DNA of 64,000 nt from Rhina ancylostomus. Its lineage: Eukaryota. A program made the position numbers and the translations under genes. The DNA lies in assembly GCA_030265395.1 (NCBI GenBank), contig JARFYF010000022.1:37466550-37530549 (forward strand). The letters run 5' to 3'. Shown one piece after another: positions 13,001-28,000 of this stretch. The first letter of the stretch is position 1; each line of letters begins with the position of its first letter. The notes under the pieces are model-generated. The model was not told the DNA's origin and made no database searches. It saw only the letters and a program-made list of their open reading frames with translations.

Positions 13001-16000
13001 TCTTAAAAATTAGTTTACTTTGCTATCTGCCAACTTTACACAATTAGTTCATTAGCAATCACTGCAATAGTTGTAAGTGAACATAAATATAACCCAATAA
13101 CTTCCAGTACTGTAAAATCAACAGTCAGCCCAATCTACAATGAATGTGTTGAACGTATAGCTAGTAAACTGAACTATAAAGAACTAGTATCAGGGTACAA
13201 ATCACTGACAATAAGGAGACTTTTCCTTAATATTTTATCCAAAAACTTGTGTTTAGTGAACTTTTCCATAGTGACCAAACATTAATTTTGTTTTCAGATG
13301 GAACAAAGCAAATGAAAATAATCTAATAACAAACTAATCTGTTTTGGATTGATGACATTAATAAAATCATTAACAGCAATAAAGTGTGTCAGATACTATT
13401 AAGACCAATAACTGAAGTGTTGTATTTTATTTAACAGGCTTGTGTAAACATATTGAATTACAAGTGCAGAAAGTAATAGTAAATTGATAAACTGTACTAA
13501 ATTAATATAAACAGCCCACAAAGGAAAATAACCTGTGATATAGCTAAGAGCAAACTACAAATGTCCTTCAACAGATGGTGAAGTCACAACTATTTTTTTT
13601 GGAGCATCTAATAAATTCATATTTATATTTAAATTAAAAATATAANNNNNNNNNNNNNNNNNNNNNNNNNNNNNNNNNNNNNNNNNNNNNNNNNNNNNNN
13701 NNNNNTCTCAGCATTCTTGGATGAATTAATGTAACTGGATCTCTAAAGGAACTATCAAAGCTCCTCTGCTTCAGACTGTTCATAATCTCCAAACGCTTGT
13801 TCCTTTCAGTTTAATATTGTGACCAAGCATTTAAACCATCAAAACAAATACAAAGCATTTAGCAATTGACAAGTGATCCACCCTCACAACCTGCTGCCAT
13901 TAGTGTGGCAGATAGTGCAGCTTCATATCCTCTAGATTTTTAATGCAAAGCTTACACTCATCCACGTTCAAGATCCACCTCTGACCACATGCCCATTAAA
14001 TATACATAGAACACCACAGCACAGTACAGGCCCTTCAGCCCACAATGTTGTGCCAACATTTTATCCTGCTCTAAGATCCATATAACCCTTCAAACCCCAC
14101 ATAGTCCCCTATTTTTCTATCATTCACGTGTCGATCTTTCTTAAAAGTCCCAAATGTATCTGCCCCCACAACCTCTGCTGGCAGTGTATTCCACGCACCC
14201 ACCACTCTTTGTGTAAAGAATTTACCCCTGACATCCCCTGTATACCTTCCTCCAATCACCTTAAAATTATGTCCCCTCATGTTAGCCATTGTCACCCTGG
14301 GAAAAAGTTTCTGACTGTCCACTCAATCTATGCCTCTTATCATCTTGTACACATATACATGTCCATTAAATAATCATTTTCTTCCCTTTAAAGTATTTGG
14401 CTTTATGTTGTGTTAAAAACAGCCTGAAGAATATTGCATCTGATATTATGCTGAATGATATTTCTTCTTAAAACAGACTTTAGGGAAATTGAGTCAATCC
14501 ATTTAAATAACTAAGTGATTTAAAAAGAGCCACTGTGTTCAGGTCACCAAACCTAGACAACAAAGCTTCAAAACCTGAAAAATGGCAAATCCATTTATCT
14601 GTGAACAGTTTTCTTACTTGAACATTTTTACCAGTCTATTATAGTCCAGTCTATAGACAGCATCTATTCCCTGCCCAATTTGATCCCAGATTTGATGGGA
14701 GCTTTTGATTAGAAAATCATCTAGCTCATGAAAGGACTCCTGACCAATTTCACTATAGAACCAAAAATCATATTTTGTTTTAATGCTCATGCAAGGATTT
14801 TGGCAAGATATTAAGATATTCTTCTATACTGTTATCTCATTCTGCTACCCTTTCAACCCCTTGCTTATTGAGAATCTATCTTTGCCTTAAAAAATATTCA
14901 AAGTCACCACTTACACTACTCCAATGAAGAGAGCTCCAAACACTCAGACTCAGTAAGGGAAAATAAAATCATCTCATCTGTCTGAAGGGTGACCCCATAT
15001 TTTCAAAACAGTAATTCCAAGTCCTAGTTGCTCCCATAGAGGAAACATCCTTTCCACATCCATCTTATCAATACTGCTTAGGATCTTGTATGTTCCAATC
15101 AAGTTGCCTCTTTCTTCAAAGTTCCAGCAGATATCACCCCAGCATGTCCAATGTTCCCTTATAAGACAATCCACACATTCCAGGTATTACTCTACTAAAC
15201 TTCTAATGAAATCCTTCCTAAAGTAAGGAGACCAATTCTGTACAGTACTCCAAATGAGGTCTCAAAGTCCTAACTTAAGCATAATATCCTTATTTTTGTA
15301 TTCAACTTCCCTCACTATGATAACATTGTTACCTTTTCTCATTTTTGCTATATCTGCCTAAGAGCTTTTTGCAAATGATACATGACACCTAGATCACTCA
15401 GCATTTCAACAGCTCTACAGTAAAATGGGACAATTTCATATTTTCCCACATTGAACTCCCTTTGCCAGATCTCTGTCTACTTCACAACTTTCTGACTCAT
15501 CTTTGTGTCAATGTTAGCAACCATTCAGTGCCTTCATCCATGTTATTAATGTAAATTGTATAAAGTTGAGGCCCCAGCGCCAGACCCAGTTTAGCCTTCT
15601 GCCTATTTTTGAAAGCCTTTCCCCATGCATCTTCCAGATACCCATTGTTGTGCTTAGTATTAAAGAAGTTAAACAAAGGTAGATAAGGGCTAGACCACTG
15701 AATTCTGAGGATTTCCATTCAACATGCATTCCCATGTTCCCAATTCTGACATCATTCTATCAATAACTGGCTGATGGTTCCTTTCACCAAGTATTCATTA
15801 TCAGCCTTAAACCACTGCTATTTGTTTCAGTAATGGTCTTTCATGAGAAGTTTTATCAAAGGCATTTTTAGAAACCCAAGTGGAATATTTAGAACAGCAG
15901 AGGTACAGCTTGTAAAGTTGCTGCCCGACAGCTCCAGTGGCCTGGGTTCGATTCTGACCTCCAGTGCTGCCTGTGGAGAGTTCACACATTCTATTGGGGA

Positions 16001-19000
16001 CCACTTGCATTTCTTCTGGGTATTTGAGATTCCTTCCACATTCCAAAGACGTGCAAGTCGGTAGGTTAATTGGTCACCAAGTTACCAGGAGTGTGTAGGT
16101 GTGTGGCAGAATCTGGGGGAGTTGATGCCAATAAGGGCAGAATAAAATGGATGAGTATAAATGAGTGCTTGATGGTCATTACTAAAGGGCCTGTTTTCAT
16201 ACTATATGACTCCAATGTCCAACTAGATTTTCTCTAAGTATTGACACAGTTTGTCAGGTAGTCTTTTCTAATCCAAAGACATCTTCGGCCATTTAGATTC
16301 TTCTACAGATTTTCAAGTTTTCCCCTTGTAATTACTTCATTATTTTAATGGCTGGCCTTTGATTGATCAGTCTGCATATGTATCGATGTCATCTGACCTC
16401 TTTTGCCAATGAGTACTTAAGCTAGCTTCAAATCCAGTGTCACCTCCTCTGTGTTCAATTTATTCATACTGACTGAATAAATTGTTTTTACTGTTCTGAA
16501 ATAGACACCAACTGTTCCAATTGATTCATTTTCTTTCAGTCCTGTTACTGAAAAACAGAATCTTTGCATTGGTATATCACCAATTGGGTTGTGAATTCAT
16601 CATGAACACCCAGTATTCAATATCATAGTTACTTAGTTTCACCTCAGTGAAACTCAAGGTTCAACTATTTTCTATTTTAAAAGTTTCTGTTAAAATTACA
16701 AGAAATATACTCACATCTTCATCATCATCTATGGCTTCTCCAGTAAAATAGAGAACAGCTCGAGGGACTATCCGCTCACGGAAAAAGTGCCCAATTTCAA
16801 AATCTGTGGCTAAATTAAATTCTGAATCTTCATCCTAGGAAAATAAAAACAAAACCCTGTTCGTAATTACCCTTAGTCACTATGTAATAGTCCATTTGCA
16901 CTAATATTATGATTCAGGCAAGCTCTTGACTTTACAGCAGAATCACAAGGGATATCAGCTTAGCCTGCAAACTAGGAACTATTAACAAGGCACAGATAGG
17001 AATATCAGTGGATTAACTTAATTTCACCAACTGAGATTATATTCAAGGCCATATTTTATTAATTTATTAACTCTCTCATTCATATTATTGAGAAATAGGT
17101 ATTTGTGCAGAAGCCATCACTACAAGTAATGAAATAAAATTTGATAAAATGTTACTTCCATTAAAAGTCATGATGCACATTGGATCATTGATAAATTCAG
17201 AAACACAATTTGATCATTAACAATATTGTCCTTATGGTCTCAGTGGCATTGTTACAAGACCTCAGTCAAAGGTTGATAGAAAAGTTAAATCATAATATGT
17301 TAATTATTCCATTTCATAAACATGCCTATACCACTGATTGTTGTTTGAGGACAGGAAATAGTGATTATCTTTTCTGTAAAGATTTTTTTCAAGATCTGGG
17401 CATTTTATTGCCCATCCTGAGGTGTTCCTTGAGAAAGGGGTGATAAAACCTGTCAGAACCTTTCAGAGTCAACTACTGAAGTCTACAAAAGGAATAATGA
17501 ACAGGCTGACCCAATTTCTTTGAAATTTAATTGTAGATCAAAGTATTAATTCCTTTCTTCTCATGAACCCCGTGAAAACACTTACCATTTCTGCCTCACC
17601 ATGTCCAGAAACTGAAAAATCAGAAGAAAAAAAAATCAGTTTATTCTTTGCAATGCAGATCTCTTGGGGGCGAGGAAGAGATGTTCCAAGCAATGTCCCG
17701 TGAACTAACAATTTTTAAAATAATTTTTTAAAAAATCAGACCATGGTAATACTGTCCTGCTAAAACCTACATGCCAGGCAGTAACCATCTTAAAAAACAC
17801 CTCAGTACCTATCTACAACACATTCAGTTCTCTCTTTTCCTCGAACTGCGAGCTCCTCCCACACACCAATGTATTTCATAAACGGAGAGAAATGCAAAAA
17901 ATTAAAAATATTTGGGAAACTACTGGATTGTAAAAGAATAAACCCACATTAAGCTTTTTATATCATATACCAAAATTATGCTGCATGATTAAAAGGTCCA
18001 AAATGCAAAACATTTAATTCAATATACAATGACTGACAGCTCGGACAACCAATATCACACTGTTCAGCATCAAAAGTAACAGATCTTTTAAAAGGTTTTT
18101 AAAAAGCATTTTACCTCATGTATGCTGAATACATTAATCTTGTTCACATCTGCCCAAGTGAGATAGAACTGCATGCTCAATAATTTGGCAACTATTCAGA
18201 AGTGCAAGTATGCCTATAATTAATGTAGTTCCAAATCCATACCAGGCAGTCTAGATCATTGCTAAATATTCCCATTTTCAAAATTCCAATTTTGCTTTTC
18301 TTGCCTATCATTTAACTAATGCATAACACTTTGAACAAAGTACTTTAAAAATCAGTGCAGGGATTTCATTGTGCGCACATATATCAGGCACTTAGTCCAA
18401 AGGCCTTTAAGTTTGATAGTTGTGGAAAAAATTCTTTAATGCAAATAAGGATCATTACACTGTAGCTCAATTATATCTGGGATTAGTAATCAAATGGAGG
18501 ATGTAACCTTAAATTTTTTTTGGGAAATCGAAATGTGTTTCGAAGAATAAAATGAATTAAGACCTTAACTATACATTGAATCTATGAGCACATCTAATTT
18601 CTGATGCTTCAAAGTTGAGCTTGTAGGTAACAAGTTGCTGCAATGCAGCTTTTACGAATGTAAGAACCTCAGTTTAGAAACAATAGTGAAACTGATTCAT
18701 CCAAACTGCTTTAACACACGCTTTAAATCAGAATCGGATCCTCTATGAATAATCTCAGCACTGAAGCATGCCAAATGCCTACTCCAGCTGATGAGTCAAG
18801 ATTAACATGGTTACCACCAAGCCAATATCAGCAGTAAAGCACCGCTACTTCCTGTTGGCTGACAATCTTTGCTGTAATTAGAAGCATGTTAAACATCCAC
18901 ACCCCTGTTAACTATTTCTCACATGCACTTTATGAGCTGATTAAATTCCTCTCTATCAGTTCAATTGAAGGCTTGGCTGATCAAATTCCACTTATACCTT

Positions 19001-22000
19001 AATCATTCTCCTTGTTGCTAGGAGAATGCCATATTCATTCTTAAACTCGAACATTCCTTAATGGGCGTGAAAGCTAACAAGGGCATAGGAAACAAGTTAT
19101 TAAGGAGGGCTCATTAAACATGTAAACTGGCAAGATTATCGAAATAGATTATTGTATTTGGTGGATAAAAGAGATTTGTAAAGCTTGCCTTTAATCATTT
19201 TGTCGGAATAGACCAAATCTGTTGGATTAGGAAACAACTGCTTCCCCTTTAAGTACATTAGGTACTTCATGCATTAAGTTGTTTGGAAGGCAAAGAAAGG
19301 GTATGGAGATTATTTATGAGGTTTTGTGTTTTTAACACATTTCATATTACCCAGAATTATTGTCAAACGTCAAACTGATTTCTTCCAATCTGAATGTGGC
19401 CATCAAGTTTTGAATTAGCCTAAAAGTACAAGTATTCCTTTGTTTTAACTTACAATATGAANNNNNNNNNNNNNNNNNNNNNNNNNNNNNNNNNNNNNNN
19501 NNNNNNNNNNNNNNNNNNNNNNNNNNNNNNNNNNNNNNNNNNNNNNNNNNNNNNNNNNNNNTACAATATGAAGAATTCAGATGTTTTACACAAATCCACT
19601 TTTAAATAATGCTACTGGTCCTTGAAGTGGTTTCCACTTTTACTTATAGAGTTTCACAGTATTGCTTTCAGATTAATGTTTCTAATTTAAAACATTGCAT
19701 TGGGGAAAACCCAATGGTGAGAGCAGTACATCAACAGGTACCAGATCAAGCAATGATGCATTAGAACTTCCTCTTCCTCAGTCTTTCTACGATTAGTATT
19801 ATTCTTGGGCTCTTAATAACCACATCCTATTTCTTCATTTAACATGTCACATTTTATAAAATACCAAAGTTTACAGCACTGTTATCATTTTAGAAGATAA
19901 ATGAATAGCTAAAACGATAGGATTGAGGTGTGGAGATAGTCAAGCCTTTAAAATCTATGTCTTCAGAAATAGTCTGGGATTCTGTAGGTGTAAATAATGT
20001 GCCCGTGTTTAACTTCTTTCAAAAAGGATCTTCCTGCAAGTTAAGCTGGGTAGAAAACCATGTAAAAGATTTCACAGGTCTGTTTTCTGCCCCATTCCGA
20101 AACACATAATTGACTTGAATGTGCAAAAAAATTAGTTTTGGCTAACATTCATTTAATTTGTACTACTAAAACTGCTATTCTAAAATCATATGGAAAGTCT
20201 TAGAAGAATTTCATTTAAACTAATTTGGCATTTCAGCTCAAGGACTAATTCAAATTCAACCCATACTAAAGAGATCAGTCTTCCACAGCCCACTGTGAAG
20301 ACATTGATGTATTTCAACACAATTCCTATTGTGCACCAATATCTCCAAATTGCTACTAATTTAGAACTACTCCTGTTAATTCAATTAAACCTAAATCTTT
20401 GATGATAGGAAATGGATTATGGTCCTTTAAATTATATGGTTTTGCATTGTGACATAGAAAGAAGCAAATCCTATTCCCAGCTTGGCACAAAATAGAGGGA
20501 GCAATTGAAACAAACCAGATAATAAATTGTACATTTTAAGAAACCAAACATGTGCAGGTGCTCTTCATTGTGCTCTTCATTGTGCTCTACCAATTTTCAT
20601 GTGAATAATACTCTGCAGCNNNNNNNNNNNNNNNNNNNNNNNNNNNNNNNNNNNNNNNNNNNNNNNNNNNNNNNNNNNNNNNNNNNNNNNNNNNNNNNNN
20701 NNNNNNNNNNNNNNNNNNNNNNNNNNNNNNNNNNNNNNNNNNNNNNNNNNNNNNNNNNNNNNNNNNNNNNNNNNNNNNNNNNNNNNNNNNNNNNNNNNNN
20801 NNNNNNNNNNNNNNNNNNNNNNNNNNNNNNNNNNNNNNNNNNNNNNNNNNNNNNNNNNNNNNNNNNNNNNNNNNNNNNNNNNNNNNNNNNNNNNNNNNNN
20901 NNNNNNNNNNNNNNNNNNNNNNNNNNNNNNNNNNNNNNNNNNNNNNNNNNNNNNNNNNNNNNNNNNNNNNNNNNNNNNNNNNNNNNNTATTGTAACCTTT
21001 AATTGGTGAGTGGGAGAACACAAGGGCAAATGGGTTTTTCCACTGATGATTCACCAAATCCAGGAACTGTACATTTTAGAATCCAATAAAATACACTGTA
21101 CTGCACTGTATCTAGCATTTCCTTTTCTCCCCCCTGCAACACAAATATTTATGTTTCACAGAATGTCCTTTTACTAGTTGATTCTTAATAAAAGAGTCGA
21201 CAGCTAGTGGTAGTGAATAGAAGAGAGCTCTTTTTGGGCAACCTGATTCAGTATTAATTACTCCAAGTGAAGGACGAAGTTATTGTGGTGGAAAGCACCT
21301 TTTATTCTGTGGTAGGATACACATACCATTAGCCTCGCTTCATACTTATAAGACTACCAATGTTATGAGCAATGCTGAGTGAGATACCTCAAAATAATTT
21401 CTGAATTCTGTTACTTTTCATGCTTATTACAAACAGTTAAGATTTCAGGTCCAGAAACCTTCATCAGCATTTTGTTTTGATTTCAGATTTCCAGCATCTG
21501 CAGTTTTTTCAATTTTTTACAACCACTTTTCATGTGCCTCAGATACTCATTCCATCCAAAGCCACTCCCAACTCCAAACCATATTTCCCCTCATGACAAC
21601 CTATCCCACACTCCGCTTCCCCAATAGCTCCTTCTGACCTCCAAGTTCAAGAGGCCCATGGATTTCTTTTTGCCACAAAATTTTGACCAGTTAGTCATCT
21701 GCACCCAGTTTTACTTTTTCCATTAACAAATTATTCCTTCATTTAGCTCATCTTCTGCAGTGTTAAATTTAACCCCCAACTACAAACACCACTTAGTATA
21801 ATTGATCCAGAATGCAATGTTTAAAAATTACTGACTGCTATTCTTTAGTTTCTCCTTTCCATCCTTCACGAAGATAGCCCACATCCCCTGCCAGCTTTCA
21901 ATGCTTTTGTTCTATTCAACCTTCTCTTTCAATATTCTGTACTTAAGTTTTAATACGTCATTGAGACCTGTGTCCATCACTTGAATATCTTTATCCAGGA

Positions 22001-25000
22001 CGTGATCTACCAGAGAACTCAGTCCACATCAGTAATGCCCTCTGTAACAAATACTTCCTACTTGTGCTACTTTTCCTCTCCTCTCCCATCCCCAACCAAA
22101 TTCTTTCAGCATCTGCACAAGACCACTTGGTTCGGCTTCTGCTTATCCTAATACAGATAGAACATTTGTTGCAGTAGCTTCTTTCCTTGACCCAGCATAT
22201 TTCTTAACCACAATCATTTTTGACCATTTTCCTTATCTGTGCCATTTATGCATCATTCATATGCTGGGAACAATTTTTGCACATGTTGTGACTTGCCACT
22301 CCATTTACAAGCTGCTTTATGGACTTATAAAATACCATACAAGGCAATAAAACAGCTTTTTGATAGATAAATGTGCATGAGGCAAACAGATGCAATTAAT
22401 TCATAAATGTCCTTTCGCTTCTTCCTCCAAAAAGAATTCAACTGTAAAATTGAGAGCCCCATTTACAGATGATGATAGAATTAGAACTTGCTACCTTTTT
22501 AAAAGAGTATTTTTTTAAAAATAAAAACAGGTTGCTTTCTCAATTAAGTTATAGATGAAAACTTGCATGGAATCAGGCAACTGATAAAAATATTCATTTC
22601 AATGACCGTCAGGCGACTGGACACGAGGTGCAACTCAGAATTCATACCAGTCATAAGGCAATATAACTGTCTTTAAAGGTTATTTCATCAGTTCAAGTTG
22701 GCAGGTCATGTCCAATTCAATTGTTATTTTTCCAAAGGAAAGACACCAAATAATCCAGAGATTTCTTAATCTTCAATTCTGTACGCTGTATTGCAGAAAA
22801 AGCCAATTTATCATGTGTAATTTTCTATTAATCTTTAGAAGGATTTCCAGAGACATTAAACTTAACTGTTTAAGAGAAAATTAAACACATACAGTGCAAA
22901 TCTACTTTGCTATGCTGTGGATGCAACATTGAATCTATACCTTCAAGTAGGTCACCCATCGATAATATTGGCTCTCTCTCCATTACCACAGCCTGACCTG
23001 CAGGGCACAGCCTACAGCTGTGCATTTTAGATGGAGTTCTCACTTTCTAACTGCCCTCATTTCATAACTTTTGTTCACATCTCTCCAACTGCCCCCATTA
23101 ATCTAGCAACCAAATAACCATGTCTACAATATATCCCCACAGCAATCCCTGGTCTCATCCTATTCGAGACAATTTCCTTTGCCCTACCCAACACTTCCCC
23201 ATAATCTCAGTAACTTAAAACTAGTTTCTCTTTCCCAGTTCTGACAAAGGGTTTTTGAGCTGAAACAACTCTAGTTTCTCTTTCCATAGATGCTGCCTGA
23301 CTTGCTGAATATTTCTAGCACTTTATTTTCATCTCAGATTTCCAGTATCTGCAGTTTTAAAATTTTCACTTATTGCAAAAATGCCTTTGTTTTGTTAACA
23401 GTGGACTTGCATATGTACTGTACAGACTGTTTTGGTTCTATTTAAATTCATAAACTGGACTTTCACTATTTTACTCAGTTTTTGGGAATGGTATTTTGCT
23501 TTTGACTAACTAATTACAAAAAATTCTCACCTTTTACTGGATTAAAGAAGTTGAAGAAGGAATCATTGGGTACTTGTTTGGTGATGGTTCGGACAGTCCC
23601 TCTGCCTTTGTGCTTCTGTTTCTTTTTAATAGTTTTCACAGTTATATTCTTTCCTTTCTTCCAGTCAATAGTACACCTGTTAAGAAGTTGATGATTAGCC
23701 TCATTCTAAGCTAAAGCAGAGCAACACAACTCAGCATCAGTGCACCACTGGGGACCGGACTCTAATTAAATTTGGCTATTACTCATTGTTCTAACATTTG
23801 AAACAATTGCATTGATGGTAACAGATGGAAAGAAAATAGGGTAAATCTGCAGATTTTATGGCAAACCATATTCAATTATGCCTACATGATTACTATTGTA
23901 ATTCAATACATAATATGACTGAAATGAGTCCAGTTTAATCTTTTGACTGTGACAATATAATACAACTAACTCAATCTTGGGTTAAAAATAGAACCACAGA
24001 GCATAAGCTATAGCTAAAAATTAATCATAAGATCAGACCTGTATAAATCAATTTATCTTGCAGGTTTTGCTCAATAGTGTAGCTGGCCAGGTATCCTTAA
24101 CAAGTGCAGCATTTCTGTTTTCTTTCTTGGTGCTTCCATTTTTGTTTTATTTGAAATGGTTCACATTAATTCCAACTTAAACCATTACAATTAAAGTATG
24201 TTCAAATATAATGGTTGCTAAAAATTGTAAGTATTTTGGGTACTTAAATTTGAACCCCTCCTCCTTGGTTCAAGAAATAGTGAATAATGACAACTAATTT
24301 CAACAGCGGCAAAATTATGTTCCCAACTCTGAAGAGGTCAGAGGTACCATAAACATCCAACCTACAGAGTGCCAGGATTAATATAGCACTGGAATGGAAC
24401 CTGATGCAAGACAAGAGACAAGTAACAGGTTACGAACAGTGCAAGACCAAGTAACTGAGTTTACTTGGAAAGATACATTTGCGGATAGAAAGATGTCATT
24501 TTGCACATTACTAATGCAATAGTACTGGCTTCATATTAAGGCTATAAATATTATATTTTAATATATTATTCAAATAGTAGAGGAAAAAGGAAATTTGTCA
24601 ATTAAGTGGCCAATTAATCTCTGAGGAGAATGCCAGTGAGTACAGGTGTAAGCAAATTGATAAAAATAGAGCTTGGTTACATTTTATCATTTGAATCTCA
24701 GCTATAGGAAAATGTTACAGAAATCTGCAGCTTGGTCTCGGATTTATTTTTAATTATTTTACTGCATGGACCATCGATTTCAAGTCAGAGTCATAGTAAC
24801 TGGCTGTCCAATGCCAACAAAATGTCGGTAACAAAATGTCAGGTCAATTATGACTTTTCACTCACCCTACAAAGTCAACTATCTCTGGGCCCTCAAAGGA
24901 GAAAGGATCAGTCTCATCTGGTTCGGACTTCATCTTGTAGGTTTTGGTTAATACTGAGTTTGTGAAGTAATCATTTGGTTCAAAGTGAAATTCTAGTGTA

Positions 25001-28000
25001 AAACTCTGTGGAAGAAACAATTAAAACAAAAATAAGCTTAAAAAGCAAACCTTTACCATTTTCATCCTCCACTGACCCAATGTACTCAAAACACTGAATA
25101 AGTGACCTTTTTAATGTTAAAGGAATGAAAGAGCTGTTCATATGAAAATATGACACCTATTTCCTTTGCTGATATTAATCAATTAACTAGCAATCTCCCA
25201 CAATCTGATCTGTAATTAAAACTGTGGCTATTCCATTGACAAACTCAATATTTCTGCGACTCAAATCTGAAAGTCATACTGTCCTCAATTCGTAATTACC
25301 AAGATGAAATCTACATTTTCTCTTCCCTTACACAATTTTTATCCAATGTCAATTTACACCAGTGAGATGCCATTGGCTATATTAGCACCAATGAAAAGCA
25401 CATGTGAATAGTCAAAGTTTATTGTAGCCCTTAACCAGTATTTGATGCCCCAAATTTGAGCCGTTACTAGTCCAAACCTACTGATTTAGTGTTCCTTTGT
25501 CACTATTCAAACGATATTGTCTTCTGGATAACTTGTGGCATACAACCACTATGTCACTGTCACACACCTGTTTTCTGTTTAGAAAACATTCCCAGATTAT
25601 CTATAACAATATTAACTTCAAAAACAATTAAGAGAGCTTGAGCTGTTAAAGGCAATATGCAAACAAAACCTCTCTGTACTGTTTGCGCTAATAATGCATT
25701 AGCCAAATGGAGTTCCGAAGAGATAACTACAAAAATCTGCAGAATTATGAATTACCCCCGCTAAAAATGCCTCGTGCTGCCACCTAACCAAAGATCACCA
25801 CATTATTGAAGATGTGGCAGGCAAAATGAAATATTGTATGCAGAAAATACAAGGAGCTTGATCAGTACAGTTGATTAAAGTAATTGCAGATACAGTTTAA
25901 GTGCTCAGTGATGAGCAGTGATCTGCAAAGGACCAAGCTACAGTAAGCTCATAACTAAGTCTTCCACTACCGGAATTTTAACCAGTCTCAATATAAATAC
26001 TAGCATTCATAAAATGTTTTATTCCACTGCAATGTGCTTTCTGCAATTAGAACATTTGAGGCGCAGCCAAATACAGAAGACAGTCCATAGCAACAATAAC
26101 TCACAATGAACTGAATGAGCAATTTTATCTTTGGTTAAGGTTCATGCATATTGGCCAGTATCAGTGCTTTATTCTCCCTATTCATATAATGCCATGAGAC
26201 TAATAATACTCACGTGAACCAAAGGTACAAGGGCCACAATTTAAAACCTCAACAAAAAGACAACACTTCCAATTGTGTATTATTCATCATTATGTGGAAT
26301 AGTTAGCCCAAATTAGGCAGCTAAATCCATAATATTAGAAATAACACTACCATTTCAGATACGCTAGCATAATGCCACCATTGCAAATTATCGATTGGGA
26401 TTGGTTTAAAATAGCTTGCTGGGGTTATGGGAAGCTGAGCACAGATTCAGAAAGGAAGGGCCCACCGCTCAATCTGCTTTATTCACTATACTCCTTTGTG
26501 TTCAGTCATATTCAGTGAGACTCTCCTAATTATTTTCAACCAATATTTGCTGTCTTCTAAACTTTTCCAGCTCTGCTTTTCTCCTTTCTGAACCTGTGCT
26601 CAGCTTCCCATAACTTCACCAAGCCATCTTAAACCAATCCAAATAGCACTAACAAACTTCCAGCCTTTTGCGATGCACTTTCAGGCCAGTAAAAGGTCCC
26701 ACCTTCCACAGAACAAGTCTCTTTGCTCCAACATACTCATGTTACAGGGATTTAACAAATTGAGAATTTCAAACACACTAACTTCCATCTTTCCCTTGCG
26801 ACATAGGAAATAACCATTCGACCCTTGAGTGCGTGCCAGCTGTCTCTCAACTCCCACCCACTGGGTGGGTAAAGGGCATTACAAGAAACAGATGCTATGA
26901 CAGAAAGACCTGGGTAAAGTTGTGAACAAATACTGGCTTTCACAGGGGTGGGAGGGAAACAATGCTGACATTATACTTAAAGAAGAAAGAATATGAACTA
27001 CTGGATGGGATAAATATGGCAGGGAAGGAAGAATGGAAATGAATGGATTTAACATGTTTAAAAGTCAACTGCCAGGCTTAGATGAAATACATCCCAGGCT
27101 GTTAAAAATGAGGAAATTAAACTGCAGGGGCTCTGACATTCATTTCCAAACCTCTATGGTTATAGCAGTGCCAGAAGATTTGGAGAACTGCCAATGTTGT
27201 ACCATTGTCTAAAAATGATTAAACATCCCAGTTAATTTCAGTGGTGAAAAATTATTGCAATCAATTTTGAGGATAGGTTGAAATTTTCATTTAGAAAGAA
27301 ATAGGTCATGTCTAATCAACTTCAGGTTGATCTTCAGAAACTTTCAGAATTTCAGGTGATAACAAGGAGAGTTGATGTGGACAGTGTTTTTCAGTCTGTG
27401 TGAATTTTAACAAAACTTTTTGACAAGGTCCCACGTGGCAGGCTGGTCAAACGTGGAAAAAGCCCATGGGATCTGATATTACCTGTGTAACAAAAAGCAC
27501 GGTATAATGGTCCATTGGCATTTTTGCAAATGAAAGGCTGTTTTCTGTGGGGTTCAACTGGACTCCGTGCTCAGTCCCTTGTAACGTGTTAATAATTTAC
27601 GTTTAAACTGTACTACAGAAATTATTACAAAATAAAAAGGATCAAAAATTGGCTTTGTATTAGGAGAAAGAATACAATGGTGGAGGGTCTGAATCCATCT
27701 TGAACACAGGAGATTAATTCCACGCAATGATCAAGTTATGCTCATTGCAGAGCCTTTCAAAAAGTGTACTATAATGCCACCTAGAGGTTTTTTATAAAAA
27801 TTTCTACCTCAGATTGAGACAGTGTGGAAATGCATGAAAGAATGTGATGCAGGAGAGACAGAAAGTGGGAGAATTGGATTGAAATGGTGAAGGGTAGAAA
27901 TAGGGAGTAGGTGGGGGCAGAGGAGAGAGGCCAAGGGCAATGAGTTACCCAGGGAGGGAACAACAGAAAAGTACAAAGGCTAGCAGAAAAATGTGGCATG

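Noticed and set aside
16858-16910. CTGTTCGTAA...TCCATT on the + strand, SNORA54-like
   Set aside because: Wrong strand, no basal stem, overlaps the exon 11 branch-point region; probably coincidence
20550-21057. ORFs containing long X runs (also at the other gaps)
   Set aside because: Artefacts of translating through N-gaps
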